A DNA stretch of 64,000 nt, from the NCBI GenBank assembly GCA_037445815.1, contig JBBIJV010000001.1, forward strand, positions 8,750 through 72,749, given 5' to 3'. The position numbers and the translations under genes are program-made. The DNA is from Rhodospirillaceae bacterium (GTDB lineage Bacteria > Pseudomonadota > Gammaproteobacteria > Steroidobacterales > Rariloculaceae). Shown one piece after another: positions 7,479 through 16,634 of this stretch (the stretch's first letter is position 1; each line of letters opens with the position of its first letter). Under the pieces are notes generated by a model that did not search any database, was not told the DNA's origin, and saw only the letters and a program-made list of their open reading frames with translations.

Positions 7479-9911
7479 ATGAAAGAGTTTCGGTTGGCCG
7501 TGCGGCAGTTGCTGCGGTATCCGTCGTTCAGCGCGGTCGTCATCGCGACGCTCGCGCTCGGGCTCGGCGCGTGCACGCTAATCTTCAGCGTCGTGAACGG
7601 CGTGCTGCTTACGCCGTTGCCGTATCCCGAGCCCGATCGCATCGTACGCGTTCGCCAGATCGGCGAGACGGGCCTTGTCTCCGAGAACATCTCCGAGCCG
7701 AATTTTCGCGACTTGAAGGAGCAAACGCGATCGTTCGCGGTGCTCGCGCGTTACTCCGCCGGCGTTCAGCCCGTGTCGGGCGGCAGCGAGCCGACACGTG
7801 TTCAGACTGCGGATGTGTCGGCCGGCTTTCTCGACGTCGTCGGAATCCAACCGGTCGCCGGTCGAGCGTTTTCGCCGGACGATCATCGGGCCGGCGCCGC
7901 GCCGGCCGCGATCATCAGCTACGCGTATTGGCAACGCTATTTCGGCGGCGACCCCGCCTTCGGCGGGCGCACGCTCAAGATCGCCGATGAAACCTATTCG
8001 ATCGTCGGCGTCATGCCGCAGGGCTTCGACTACCCCGAGGGCACGGAGATCTGGATACCGGCCGAGCTGCGCGGCTACGTCGGATCGCGCACGGCACACG
8101 ACTTTCGCGCCGCGGGCCGGCTCGCGCCGGGCGTGTCGCTCGCGCAAGCCCAGGCGGACACGAGCGCCGTCGCGCGCCGCGTGAAGGCAGAACACGGTGG
8201 CGGCACTTGGATGTCCGATGCGGCCGTCACTCCACTCCATGACGCCATGGTCAGCAGCGCGCGGCCGGCCCTGCTCGTGCTCCTAGCCTCCGTCGCGCTG
8301 TTGTTCGTCGTCGCCGCCGCGAACGCTGCGAATCTGGTGCTCGCGCGGGCCATCGGCCGCGATCAAGAATTCGGCATTCGCTCCGCGCTCGGCGCCGGCT
8401 GGCGTCAGCTCGCGCGGCAGTTCTTCGCGGAGACGCTGCTCCTCTCCGGCGTCGCGGGACTGCTCGGCATCTTGTTTGCCGCGTGGGGCGTCAACGCGGT
8501 CGTGCGGCTCGCGGCCGACCGGCTGCCGCGGGCGGATTCGATCGGCATCGACTGGACCGTGCTCGGTTTCGCGCTGGCGCTCAGCGTGGCGACGGCAGGC
8601 GGCTTGAGCGTGCTGGCCGCGTGGCGCGCGAGCTCCGGAGGCGTCGCGCTGCGCTACAACCAGCGCACCGGCGGCGCTCGGCGCTCGCCGCTCATCGAGG
8701 GCCTCGTCGTCGCTCAAGTCGGCTTGGCGCTCCTGCTCGTCGTCGGCGCGGCGCTGCTCGGCCGCAGCTTCGTCGTGTTAACGAGCCTCGATCCCGGCTT
8801 TCGCACCGAGGGCCTCGTGTTCATGGACGTCTCCGCGCCGTGGCCCGGCGACCGCAGGGAGCTCGAGCCGTTGGTGCCCTTCTATGACGAGCTGATCGAG
8901 CGCTTGCGCGCGCTGCCCGGCGTCGACGCCGTCGCGGGTGTCTCGATTCCGCCCGGCGCGGGCGGCGGATGGAACGGCTCGGCATTCAGCCAAACGCATC
9001 CCGACGAGATTCGGAGCTTCGAGGACCTTGGCGCCGTCGCGGCCGATCCTACTCGCGTCTCACGCCTCACCGAATACCGTGTTGCGAGCGACGACTATTT
9101 CGCGGCTGTCGGCATTCGGCTGTTGCGCGGCCGAACCTTCGAGCGCACCGACGGCCCGGACGCCGAGCGTGTCGGCGTCGTGAGCCAGTCGCTCGCCGAG
9201 CGCCTGTGGCCGGGCCAAGATCCGCTCGGCAAGCTGGTTCAGTTCGGCGGAATGGACGGCGACCTCCGGCCCTCGACGGTCGTCGGCGTCGTCGCGGACG
9301 TGCGCGGCACCTTCGGCCTCGAACAGGAGCCAAGACCCACCTTCTATGCGCCTTACCGCCAACGGCCGTGGAGCCTCGTGATGTTCGAAATCGTCATTCG
9401 CACGGCCGACGCCGCGCGCATCATCCCGGCGGCGCGCGACATGGTGCAGCGCATGGACCCCGAGATGGCACCGCAGTTTTCGACGTCCGAGCAGACGTAC
9501 TCGGCCCAGCTCGCGCCGCGCCGGTTGAACCTCGTGTTGATCGGCGTGTTCGGCGGCACGGCGCTGTTGCTCGCGCTCGCGGGCATCTATGGCAGCATGG
9601 CGTTTCAAGTCGCGCGGCGCACACACGAGATCGGGGTGCGCATGGCGCTCGGGGCGAAGCCCGCGCGCGTCGTTTCGATGGTCGTGCGGCGCAGCTTGCT
9701 ACTCGCGGGGCTCGGCGTCGCCGCGGGCCTTGCGATCGCGCTAGCCGCCTCGCGCCTCGTGAGCTCGCTGTTGTACGGAATCGCACCGCACGACCCGATT
9801 TCGTACGCCGCCGGTGCCGCGCTCCTGCTACTCGCCGCCGTCGCAGCGGGACTACTGCCCGCCTTGCGCGCGGCGCGCGTCGATCCCGTGACCGCGCTTC
9901 GGAGCGAGTAA
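7479..9911 (+). CDS. MacB/FtsX-type ABC transporter permease with duplicated FtsX domains (ADOP-like orphan permease)
   Basis: 810 aa. The N terminus MKEFRLAVRQLLRYPSFSAVVIATLALGLGACTLIFSVVNGVLLTPLPYPEPDRIVRV, two periplasmic MacB-like domains and two C-terminal FtsX 4-TM bundles ending RAARVDPVTALRSE fit the family. It starts 7 nt after 7471 behind a GAGG. There is no adjacent ATPase gene. Confidence 0.85.
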   Translation: MKEFRLAVRQLLRYPSFSAVVIATLALGLGACTLIFSVVNGVLLTPLPYPEPDRIVRVRQIGETGLVSENISEPNFRDLKEQTRSFAVLARYSAGVQPVSGGSEPTRVQTADVSAGFLDVVGIQPVAGRAFSPDDHRAGAAPAAIISYAYWQRYFGGDPAFGGRTLKIADETYSIVGVMPQGFDYPEGTEIWIPAELRGYVGSRTAHDFRAAGRLAPGVSLAQAQADTSAVARRVKAEHGGGTWMSDAAVTPLHDAMVSSARPALLVLLASVALLFVVAAANAANLVLARAIGRDQEFGIRSALGAGWRQLARQFFAETLLLSGVAGLLGILFAAWGVNAVVRLAADRLPRADSIGIDWTVLGFALALSVATAGGLSVLAAWRASSGGVALRYNQRTGGARRSPLIEGLVVAQVGLALLLVVGAALLGRSFVVLTSLDPGFRTEGLVFMDVSAPWPGDRRELEPLVPFYDELIERLRALPGVDAVAGVSIPPGAGGGWNGSAFSQTHPDEIRSFEDLGAVAADPTRVSRLTEYRVASDDYFAAVGIRLLRGRTFERTDGPDAERVGVVSQSLAERLWPGQDPLGKLVQFGGMDGDLRPSTVVGVVADVRGTFGLEQEPRPTFYAPYRQRPWSLVMFEIVIRTADAARIIPAARDMVQRMDPEMAPQFSTSEQTYSAQLAPRRLNLVLIGVFGGTALLLALAGIYGSMAFQVARRTHEIGVRMALGAKPARVVSMVVRRSLLLAGLGVAAGLAIALAASRLVSSLLYGIAPHDPISYAAGAALLLLAAVAAGLLPALRAARVDPVTALRSE

Positions 9912-9959
9912 GCGCCGCACCGCGCGGCGCGCTGACCGGCTGCGCGCGAGCTGAGTCGC

Positions 9960-10575
9960 TGCTGTACGCGCTCGCGAGCGCACTTGATTCGAAGCACGTA
10001 CCAGATCGAGCTCGGCACGATCGCGCGCAAGATTCATTGGAAGATTGGAAGCGCGGCCGAGTCACGATCCACGCAGCGCGAGACGGTCGTCCGCACGAGG
10101 TAGTGGCTCGCGCAGCGATCGTGACGCTGCCCGTCTGCGTGTCTTAGCTGCCGCCCGAAGTACCGAACGGCGTGCGCTTTGTTCCCGCCCTCACGGCCAA
10201 AGAACAAGGGCTCGCGAGCGGCCCCGTGATCAAGGTCTTGTTGCGCTTTCGCGAGCCGTTCTCAGAGCAGGTCGATGACGCGCGTTACGCCGAGCGCTGC
10301 CTAGCCGATTTTCAAGGCGCCTATCTGCACGACTGGCAAGCAGATCCGTTCGCGTGCGGCGCACACAGCTACGCGGTCGCCGGCGGCGGCAACGCGCGCG
10401 AGCTGCCGGAACGGCCGCTCGCGAGCACGCTGTTCTTCACGGGCGAGGCGCCGGCACAGCCGGCGAATCCGGTACGGTCGCGGGCGCGCTCGACAGCGGC
10501 AAACGCGCCCTGGAGCAGCTGCTAGGGTCCGCTCGGAGGTCGGGTAGCAGCAGGCGGCGCGCTGCTACCGCGTAG
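9960..10575 (+). pseudogene. Flavin amine oxidase remnant: N-terminally truncated, with an in-frame stop and a frameshift
   Basis: Amine-oxidase motifs are spread over frames: AAIVTLPVCVS, then TAG at 10145-10147, then in the same frame LPPEV..VRFVPALTAKEQGL..GPVIKVLLRFREPF...DPFACGAHSYAV...LFFTGEA. The canonical C terminus GTVAGALDSGKRALEQLL appears only in a different frame (track ORF 10354..10575). The FAD-binding N-terminal half is absent, since the permease gene ends at 9911. Confidence 0.6.
10543..10569 (+). terminator. Hairpin downstream of the amine oxidase remnant
   Basis: GGTAGCAGC-aggcggcgc-GCTGCTACC forms a 9-bp perfect stem. A T-rich run (cttttctctcc) lies about 20 nt downstream, not adjacent. 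It may be the relic terminator of the decayed gene. Confidence 0.3.
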
Positions 10576-10664
10576 GTGTATGCGCTCTTTTCTCTCCGCC
10601 ACTTGCTCGCGAAAACGGGCGGTCCGGCCAGTCTTGCCGCTTGCATCGGTGCTTGTGGCCATTG

Positions 10665-10974
10665 TTAGAGCCCCACGTGCTTGCGAAGCATGCGCACGCC
10701 GAGCTTCAAGTCCAACGCGAACGCGCCGAGCCCCGGGACGCTGCGCTGCACGCGCATCGAATCGAGGGCGTTATCGGCGCAGCCGAAGTGCACGCACGCG
10801 AGCCGGCGCGCCTCTTCCGAAGGAATAGCCCCGGCCGCGCAACGCCTCCTCGGCCAGCTCGAGATGCGCCTCGAGCTCGCGCCGCAAGTCGTCGTCGGCG
10901 CGCCGGCCTCGTACCGTGCCCCATAGCCGCGAAGCCCATTCGCGAAGCTCCGGCCATGGCGCACGAGCACTCAT
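10665..10974 (-). pseudogene. N-terminal stub of an ADOP-type permease (frameshifted and truncated)
   Basis: ATG at 10974 overlaps the padR stop (ATGA). MSARAPWPELREWASRLWGTVRGRRADDDLRRELEAHLELAEEALRGRGY (track ORF 10771..11109) continues after a frameshift as PSEEARRLACVHFG...ALDLKLGVRMLRKHVGL-stop (track ORF 10665..10970). This is the usual leader of PadR-linked ADOP permeases, but only about 100 of about 800 codons remain. Confidence 0.55.
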
Positions 10975-11318
10975 GGCTGCGGCGCGAACAGCTGATCGAT
11001 GATCGACACCATGCGGTCCCAGCCGCGCTTCTCGTTGACGAGCCCGCGCCGGCCCGCGGCCGTGATGCGGTAGTAGCGCGCCTTGCGGTTGTTGCTCGTC
11101 ACACCCCACTCGCCTTTCACGAAGCCGCGCTGCTCGAGCCGCATCAGCGACGGATAGAGCGTGCCCATGTTGAGCTGCAGCGCGCCGCCGGACACTTGCC
11201 CGAGGCTCTCGGCGATCGCGTAGCCGTGCTGCGCGCCGAGCGACGCGAGCGTCTGAAGCACCATGAGATCGAGCGTGCCTTGCAGAACGCCCGCTTTGCT
11301 TCGAGCTTTAATGGTCAC
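10971..11318 (-). CDS. PadR family transcriptional regulator
   Basis: 115 aa. LQGTLDLMVLQTLASLGAQHGYAIAESLGQVSGGALQLNMGTLYPSLMRLEQRGFVKGEWGVTSNNRKARYYRITAAGRR is a textbook PadR winged helix. Confidence 0.9.
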   Translation of the reverse strand: MTIKARSKAGVLQGTLDLMVLQTLASLGAQHGYAIAESLGQVSGGALQLNMGTLYPSLMRLEQRGFVKGEWGVTSNNRKARYYRITAAGRRGLVNEKRGWDRMVSIIDQLFAPQP

Positions 11319-11458
11319 GCCAATAGAGTCAGTGTTCTTTGTTCGGACGTCAAATGGTGCATGGGTTCGCGGCGGCCGAAGCGCCTTTGGGGACCGTTGG
11401 CCGCGGCGCCGTTTGCTACTACCATGATCCGCGGCTGATCGCGCTTTCCGGAGGGAAT

Positions 11459-12634
11459 ATGACGCCTCGAAGCGGTTTGCTCGTAGCCGCGGCGCTCGTC
11501 GCGAGCCCCGCGGCCGCTCACCACGGAATCGGCACCTTCGACACGCGGCAAGAAATCACGCTCACGGGGACCGTGACCGGCGTCGATTTCGTGAACCCGC
11601 ACTCGTGGGTCTATCTCGACGTGAAGGGCGACGACGGCACGATCCAGCCGTGGCGCTGCGAGATGCGCTCGGCGACGACGCTGCGCCGCTCGGGCTGGAC
11701 GCCCGAGATGTTCGAGCCGGGCAAGCCGGTGAAGATCACGGCCGCGCCCGATCGCGTCGACCCGCGCTCCTGCTATCTATCGACGATCGTGTTTGCGGAC
11801 GGCAGATCTGCCGACCGCTACGGACAGCTTTCCGCAGCGCCGGCGCCGCGCGTCTCCGCCGAGCGCCCGACGCGGCTACCCTCGGGCGAGCCGAACCTCT
11901 CGGGCGACTGGGCACCCGAGCAGCTCGTGATGACGGACCCGCGCGGCCGCGGCGGCGCGCTCGTGCCGCTCTCTCGTGCGGACAGTTTCGAGCCGGGCGC
12001 CAGCACGGCCGAGAACGCGCGCCAATACCGCACGCGCGACGTAACGCTCACGCCGGCCGGCCAAGTGGCGGCGGACGCGTTCGAGACGTACAACCCGGAG
12101 CACAACCCGCGCTTGCGCTGCGAGACGACGAGCATCATTTTCGACTGGACCTATGACGGCGCCGTCAATCGCATCACGCAAACGCCCGACACCATCACGC
12201 TCGAGTACGGCCAGCTCGGCTTCACGCGCACGATCCACATGGATCAGACACGGCACCCGGAGAACGTCGAGCCGAGCCGCGGCGGACACTCGATAGGCCG
12301 CTGGGACGGCGACGTGCTCGTCGTCGACACCGTCGGGTTCGCGCCCGGCGTGTTGTCGCCGCCGGTGATGCATACGGACCAGCTGCACGTCGTCGAGCGG
12401 TTCTGGGTCGATCCGGAGGGACCTACGCTGATGCGCAGCTACGCGGCCCAGGACCCCGTCTACTTCACGAGCACCTACAGCGGCAGCGACATGCTGTCGC
12501 TCGCCGACGTGCCGTATTCGCCGGACGAGTGCAACGGCGACCTCACGTTCCTCGACTACTCGAAGGAAGCGCAGCCGCGGCCCGCGCCCGAAGCGCCGGC
12601 ACCGGCGAAGCCCTGGTGGAAATTCTGGGACTGA
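11459..12634 (+). CDS. Fusion protein: HH-NPH domain + partner domain (module copy b)
   Basis: The start is set at ATG 11459 (GGAGGGA upstream) inside track ORF 11339..12634. The signal peptide ends PAAA. Then comes HHGIGTFD..ITLTGTVTGVDFVNPH..GWTPEMFEPGKPVKI (small-protein domain), a Pro/Ala linker, then RLRCETTSI...GGHSIGRWDGDVLVVDTVGF...HVVERFWVDPEGPTLM (partner domain). Confidence 0.7.
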   Translation: MTPRSGLLVAAALVASPAAAHHGIGTFDTRQEITLTGTVTGVDFVNPHSWVYLDVKGDDGTIQPWRCEMRSATTLRRSGWTPEMFEPGKPVKITAAPDRVDPRSCYLSTIVFADGRSADRYGQLSAAPAPRVSAERPTRLPSGEPNLSGDWAPEQLVMTDPRGRGGALVPLSRADSFEPGASTAENARQYRTRDVTLTPAGQVAADAFETYNPEHNPRLRCETTSIIFDWTYDGAVNRITQTPDTITLEYGQLGFTRTIHMDQTRHPENVEPSRGGHSIGRWDGDVLVVDTVGFAPGVLSPPVMHTDQLHVVERFWVDPEGPTLMRSYAAQDPVYFTSTYSGSDMLSLADVPYSPDECNGDLTFLDYSKEAQPRPAPEAPAPAKPWWKFWD

Positions 12635-12906
12635 GCCGCTGCCGGCTCACTGCGGCGGCGTGAAGGACCAGTTCCCGGTCGTCGTCCGTGGGCCGCGCGT
12701 CTGCGCCGGCATCTCGCCGACGACCGCTTGCTCGCGCATCTCGACTACCGCGACATTGCGAAGCTGCTGCCGCTTTTTCGCTGCGTGGGCGTCACCGGCC
12801 GGACGAGCGCGAGATCGATCCGCGAGTATCGAAAAAGCGCATCGTTCCGGAGTTTGTACCCAAAGCGTCGCGCTTCCGCTCGAATGAGCCGCAGGGCGAA
12901 CTGACG

Positions 12907-14094
12907 CTACGCGGCCTTGCGCCCCCACAATGCCTTGGTCGCGAGCTTCGCGCCGTCGGACAGCGCCTTGAGCTTCGCCCAAGCGATCTGGGGGTGGCAG
13001 CGGAGGCCGAGGCCGCAGTCGGTGGAGGCGATGACGTTCTCGCGGCCGACCATGCGCGCGAATCGCTGAATGCGATCCGCGACGAGCCGCGGGTGCTCGA
13101 TCAGCGACGTTGAGTGCGTCACGACGCCCGGTGCGAGGATCTTGCCCTCGGGCAGCTTCGTCGTTTCCCAAAGCGCTGCCTCGTGCTCGTGCCGTACGTT
13201 CGCGGCTTCGAACAGATACGTCTGTGCTTTCACAGAGAGCATCACATCCACGATGTCGGGCAGCGGCAGGTCGCGCGAGTGCGGCCCGTGCCAGCTGCCC
13301 CAGCAGAGGTGATAGCGGATCTGCTCTTCTGGGATGTTGCGCAGCGCGTGGTTGAGTGCCTCGCAACGCATCCGGCAATACTTGCGATAGCCGTCGAGCC
13401 CCATCTCGAGGCCGATGCGATCCCAGAGCGCGCCGAGCCACGCGTCGTCCACCTGCACTTGGAAGCCGGCGTTCGCGATGCCCTCGTATTCCACGCGCAG
13501 CGCTTCGGCGAGCGCGTACACGTATTCCTCGTCGTTCTTGTAGAAATCGTTCTTGCGGCCCGGCTCGACGCTGAGCGGCGCCGTGGTCGTGAGGAACGCG
13601 TCGGACACAGGATTCTTGCCGAGTGCGGCCTTCAGCGTCGCGATCTCGCGCTCGAGCGCCTTGCCGCCCTTGTACGTGATGGGCCCGGTGCAGACCCAGT
13701 CGTCGATCGCCGCGGTGCTCTCCTTTGCGCCTTCGGGGACCTTCGGCGCCGACCCCGATTGCTCGAACAGCGTGCCTCGCTCGAGATTCACTCGGTAAAA
13801 GTCGGCGAACTCGACCCAATCGGCGCTCGACATCAGCAGCGTGCCGAGGCCGCCACGCTGGCCAGCGGGCTCGAAGCCGCCGAGCCGAGCGCTGATGTAC
13901 TGCGTCCAGTGGCCGCCTTTCGTGAGCTCGCCTTCGTTGATGAGGTCGATGCCCGCTTGGCGCTGAAACTCGACGACGGCCGCGACCGCATCGCGGAGCC
14001 GCTGGTCGCCGACGTCGGGATGCGCCCAGACGTCCTCGGGTGCCGGCAGTGCGCCGACGTGAGTCGTCAGAATTGCGTTCGTGCTGCGTCGCAT
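12907..14094 (-). CDS. Cobalamin-independent methionine synthase (MetE C-terminal domain)-like zinc alkyltransferase family protein
   Basis: The start is set at ATG 14094 (MRRSTNAILTTHVGALP). MetE-like blocks are present: IDLINEGELTK, QVQVDDAW, IRYHLCWGSWHGPH (His/Cys Zn ligands) and ASTDCGLG (Cys ligand). It lies 19 nt downstream of the TonB receptor gene. Confidence 0.8.
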   Translation of the reverse strand: MRRSTNAILTTHVGALPAPEDVWAHPDVGDQRLRDAVAAVVEFQRQAGIDLINEGELTKGGHWTQYISARLGGFEPAGQRGGLGTLLMSSADWVEFADFYRVNLERGTLFEQSGSAPKVPEGAKESTAAIDDWVCTGPITYKGGKALEREIATLKAALGKNPVSDAFLTTTAPLSVEPGRKNDFYKNDEEYVYALAEALRVEYEGIANAGFQVQVDDAWLGALWDRIGLEMGLDGYRKYCRMRCEALNHALRNIPEEQIRYHLCWGSWHGPHSRDLPLPDIVDVMLSVKAQTYLFEAANVRHEHEAALWETTKLPEGKILAPGVVTHSTSLIEHPRLVADRIQRFARMVGRENVIASTDCGLGLRCHPQIAWAKLKALSDGAKLATKALWGRKAA

Positions 14095-14113
14095 GGCGCT
14101 GATCTCCGGTTGA

Positions 14114-16432
14114 TTAGAACGCACGCCGCAGCGTGACATACCATTCGCGCGGCCAACCCGGCCGTCCGGTGCCGGCGAAGTAGGGCGGGAACGGCCGGCC
14201 GAACTGGCTCTCATAGTAGAACTCGTCAGTCAGATTCGTGCCGATCAGCGCCGCGCTCCAATCATCGTTCGGCGACGCCCATTGCAGTCGGAAGCTCACG
14301 AGGCTCACGTCGTCGATGAAGCTCGTCGGCGCGTTGATTGCGTCGGTGTAGAACTCGGAGCGGTACGCATAGTCGAGGCGCGGGGTCAGCGAGCCGCCGT
14401 GCGGCAGGTCGAACGCATACTGCAAGCCGATCGTGAGCTTCTCGTCCGGCGTGTAGACCGTCGTCATGTCCGGCGTGATGCCGGTGCGCGGATCGACGCG
14501 CTCATACTGAAAATCCAACACGCCGAGCGCGGCGTCGATGCGCAAGTGGTCGTTCGGCAGGTACTCGAGCTCGACTTCGACGCCCTGGATCTCGGCGTCT
14601 CCGACGTTCGCCGACATCGTGCACGGCGCGCCCGGGAACGGCGAGAACGCGTCACACGAGAGCAGCGTGAGCTGCACTTCGTCGTAGGAGTTCGCGAACG
14701 CCGCAACGTTGAAGCGCAAACGATCGCCGGCGAGGTGCGTCTTGAGTCCGATCTCGAAGGCATCGAGCGTTTCGGGGTCGTACTGCTGCACCTGCGAGAC
14801 GAAGAACGGCCGCGGGTTCACGCCGCCGCCCTTGTAGCCGGTCGACACCTGTCCGTAGAGGAGCACGCGCTCGGCCGCGCGGAAGTCGAGTACGACACGG
14901 TAGTCGGTGCGGTCGCCGCTGTACTCGCCCGTGAAGTTCACGAGCGCGCCGAGCAGCGGATGCGGATCGCCGTTGAAATCCCAGCGGTTGAACGTGAAGC
15001 GCTTGAGATCGTCGGTATAGCGCACAGCGGCCGTGATTCTCGTGCGGTCGGTGACGTCGAACACCGCATGCGCGTACACCGATTTCGATTCGGTTTTTAC
15101 CGGGTCGCGGAACAGAATTTCGAGATCGAGCCCGCCGCCGCCGGGCGCGAGCCCGCCCGGAATGTTCACTCGGCCTTCCGATACGCCGTCCGCGTCGTAA
15201 AAGAAGAGTCCAACGGTCCAGTCCGCGAGGCCGGTGTCTCCGGACACGCGAACCTCCTGCGTCCACTGCTCGTGCGTGAGACGCCAGTATTGGTCGAGAA
15301 CAGTCGCGGGCGACGCGTCGACGCCGTTCGAGAACGGCACTCTCGACTCGCGATAGCCGGTGATCGACTCGAGCGTCAACGAATCGCCGAGCTCGGCGCG
15401 CAGGAGGTTCGAGATGCCGCGCGAATCGAGCGGCGTCGTATCCGGCATCGCGAACGCGTCGGTCGGCGTGCCGGTTGGTTGGCTCAAGTACGTCTCGTAG
15501 TTCGTGTAGCTTTCGGGGCCCGTGATGTAGTTCGCCCCGCCGGTCCAGAGCGGCGACTGGAATTGCAGCTTGCTGGCGGGGTTCTCGGAGCGATCTTCGG
15601 TCGCGTCGACGATCAGGGTGTTCTCGACGCGATCGCCGGGCGTCCACAGCAGCGTCGCGCGCGCCGTCGTCACGTCCTGGCCGCCTTCGCTGCCGATGAT
15701 GCAGTCCTCGCGGAGCCGCTGCGTGCCGCCGGCCGTGTTGCCGGTAGCGCAAGCGTAATCCAGGCGGTCGACATAGCCGTCGCGGTCGATCGCTGCCGCG
15801 GCGATCCGTGCGTAGAGTTTGTCCTCGACGAGCGGCAGGTTCGCCGCGCCGCGCGCCATGATTCGATCGAACGAGCCGAAGCCGGCCTCGGCATACCCGC
15901 CCGCCTCGGGGCCCGGACGTGTCGAAAACAGCTTGATCGCGCCGCCAATCGAGTTCTTGCCGGCCAACGTGCCCTGCGGTCCGCGGAGGATTTCGACGCG
16001 GTCCGTGTCGAGCAGCTCGAACACGGCGCCGGTCAACACGCCGTAGTAGACGTCGTCGACATACATGCCGACGCCGGGCTCGACTGCGAAGTGAGGATCG
16101 GCCTGCCCGACGCCGCGAATGAAAACGCCGGCCATCTGCCCGAACCCGCCGGCACCCCGCGACAGCTGTACGTTCGGCGCGAAGCTCGACGCGTGCGCGA
16201 CGTCGGTCGCGTTGCGTCGCTCGAGCATGTCGCCGGAGAGCGCCGAGATCGCGATCGGCGTCTCCTGCGCGGACTGCGTGCGGAATTGCGCAGTGACGAT
16301 GATCTCCTCGAGCGCGCTCGGCTCGTCCTGGGCGTGAGCATTCGCGCCGAGCAACAATGCATGCGAAACGGCCGCTGCGATTGGCAGTCGTCGTACGCGG
16401 CCACTCACTCGATATCCCTTGCTGTGTCTCAT
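14114..16432 (-). CDS. TonB-dependent receptor
   Basis: 772 aa. It has a signal peptide, a TonB box/plug (LEEIIVTAQFRTQSAQETPIAISALSGDMLERR...VQLSRGAGG..GVFIRGVG), and a beta-barrel ending in the C-terminal aromatic residue (YVTLRRAF). Confidence 0.9.
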   Translation of the reverse strand: MRHSKGYRVSGRVRRLPIAAAVSHALLLGANAHAQDEPSALEEIIVTAQFRTQSAQETPIAISALSGDMLERRNATDVAHASSFAPNVQLSRGAGGFGQMAGVFIRGVGQADPHFAVEPGVGMYVDDVYYGVLTGAVFELLDTDRVEILRGPQGTLAGKNSIGGAIKLFSTRPGPEAGGYAEAGFGSFDRIMARGAANLPLVEDKLYARIAAAAIDRDGYVDRLDYACATGNTAGGTQRLREDCIIGSEGGQDVTTARATLLWTPGDRVENTLIVDATEDRSENPASKLQFQSPLWTGGANYITGPESYTNYETYLSQPTGTPTDAFAMPDTTPLDSRGISNLLRAELGDSLTLESITGYRESRVPFSNGVDASPATVLDQYWRLTHEQWTQEVRVSGDTGLADWTVGLFFYDADGVSEGRVNIPGGLAPGGGGLDLEILFRDPVKTESKSVYAHAVFDVTDRTRITAAVRYTDDLKRFTFNRWDFNGDPHPLLGALVNFTGEYSGDRTDYRVVLDFRAAERVLLYGQVSTGYKGGGVNPRPFFVSQVQQYDPETLDAFEIGLKTHLAGDRLRFNVAAFANSYDEVQLTLLSCDAFSPFPGAPCTMSANVGDAEIQGVEVELEYLPNDHLRIDAALGVLDFQYERVDPRTGITPDMTTVYTPDEKLTIGLQYAFDLPHGGSLTPRLDYAYRSEFYTDAINAPTSFIDDVSLVSFRLQWASPNDDWSAALIGTNLTDEFYYESQFGRPFPPYFAGTGRPGWPREWYVTLRRAF

Positions 16433-16634
16433 GACGGTTTCCCCCCGGGCGAACTCACACGTGCCTTCGAGAGCGGCCGCTTGCTCGGAGCCCGGCTAGC
16501 GGCGCCGACTGGGCGCCGATAAACTAGCCGAGCCGAAAACGACAGCGCTTTGCCAGGACGGCCCATCGGACTTTGCTCGGACGGCGCGGCGCCGGTGCGG
16601 GCGATCGGGGCGCGGCGGTCCAAAGGCAGTCGAG

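Noticed and set aside
14282-16522. Several very long ORFs could be mistaken for extra genes. Examples are 14282..16522(+), 43057..45102(-), 44352..46223(+), 49035..51386(-), 50036..51109(+), 61042..62952(+), 4230..5585(-), 51..1199(+) and 17381..18799(-).
   Set aside because: All are antisense or off-frame to genes with clear family signatures. All have the extreme Arg/Ala/Gly/Pro bias expected of non-coding frames in high-GC DNA. They were treated as shadow ORFs.
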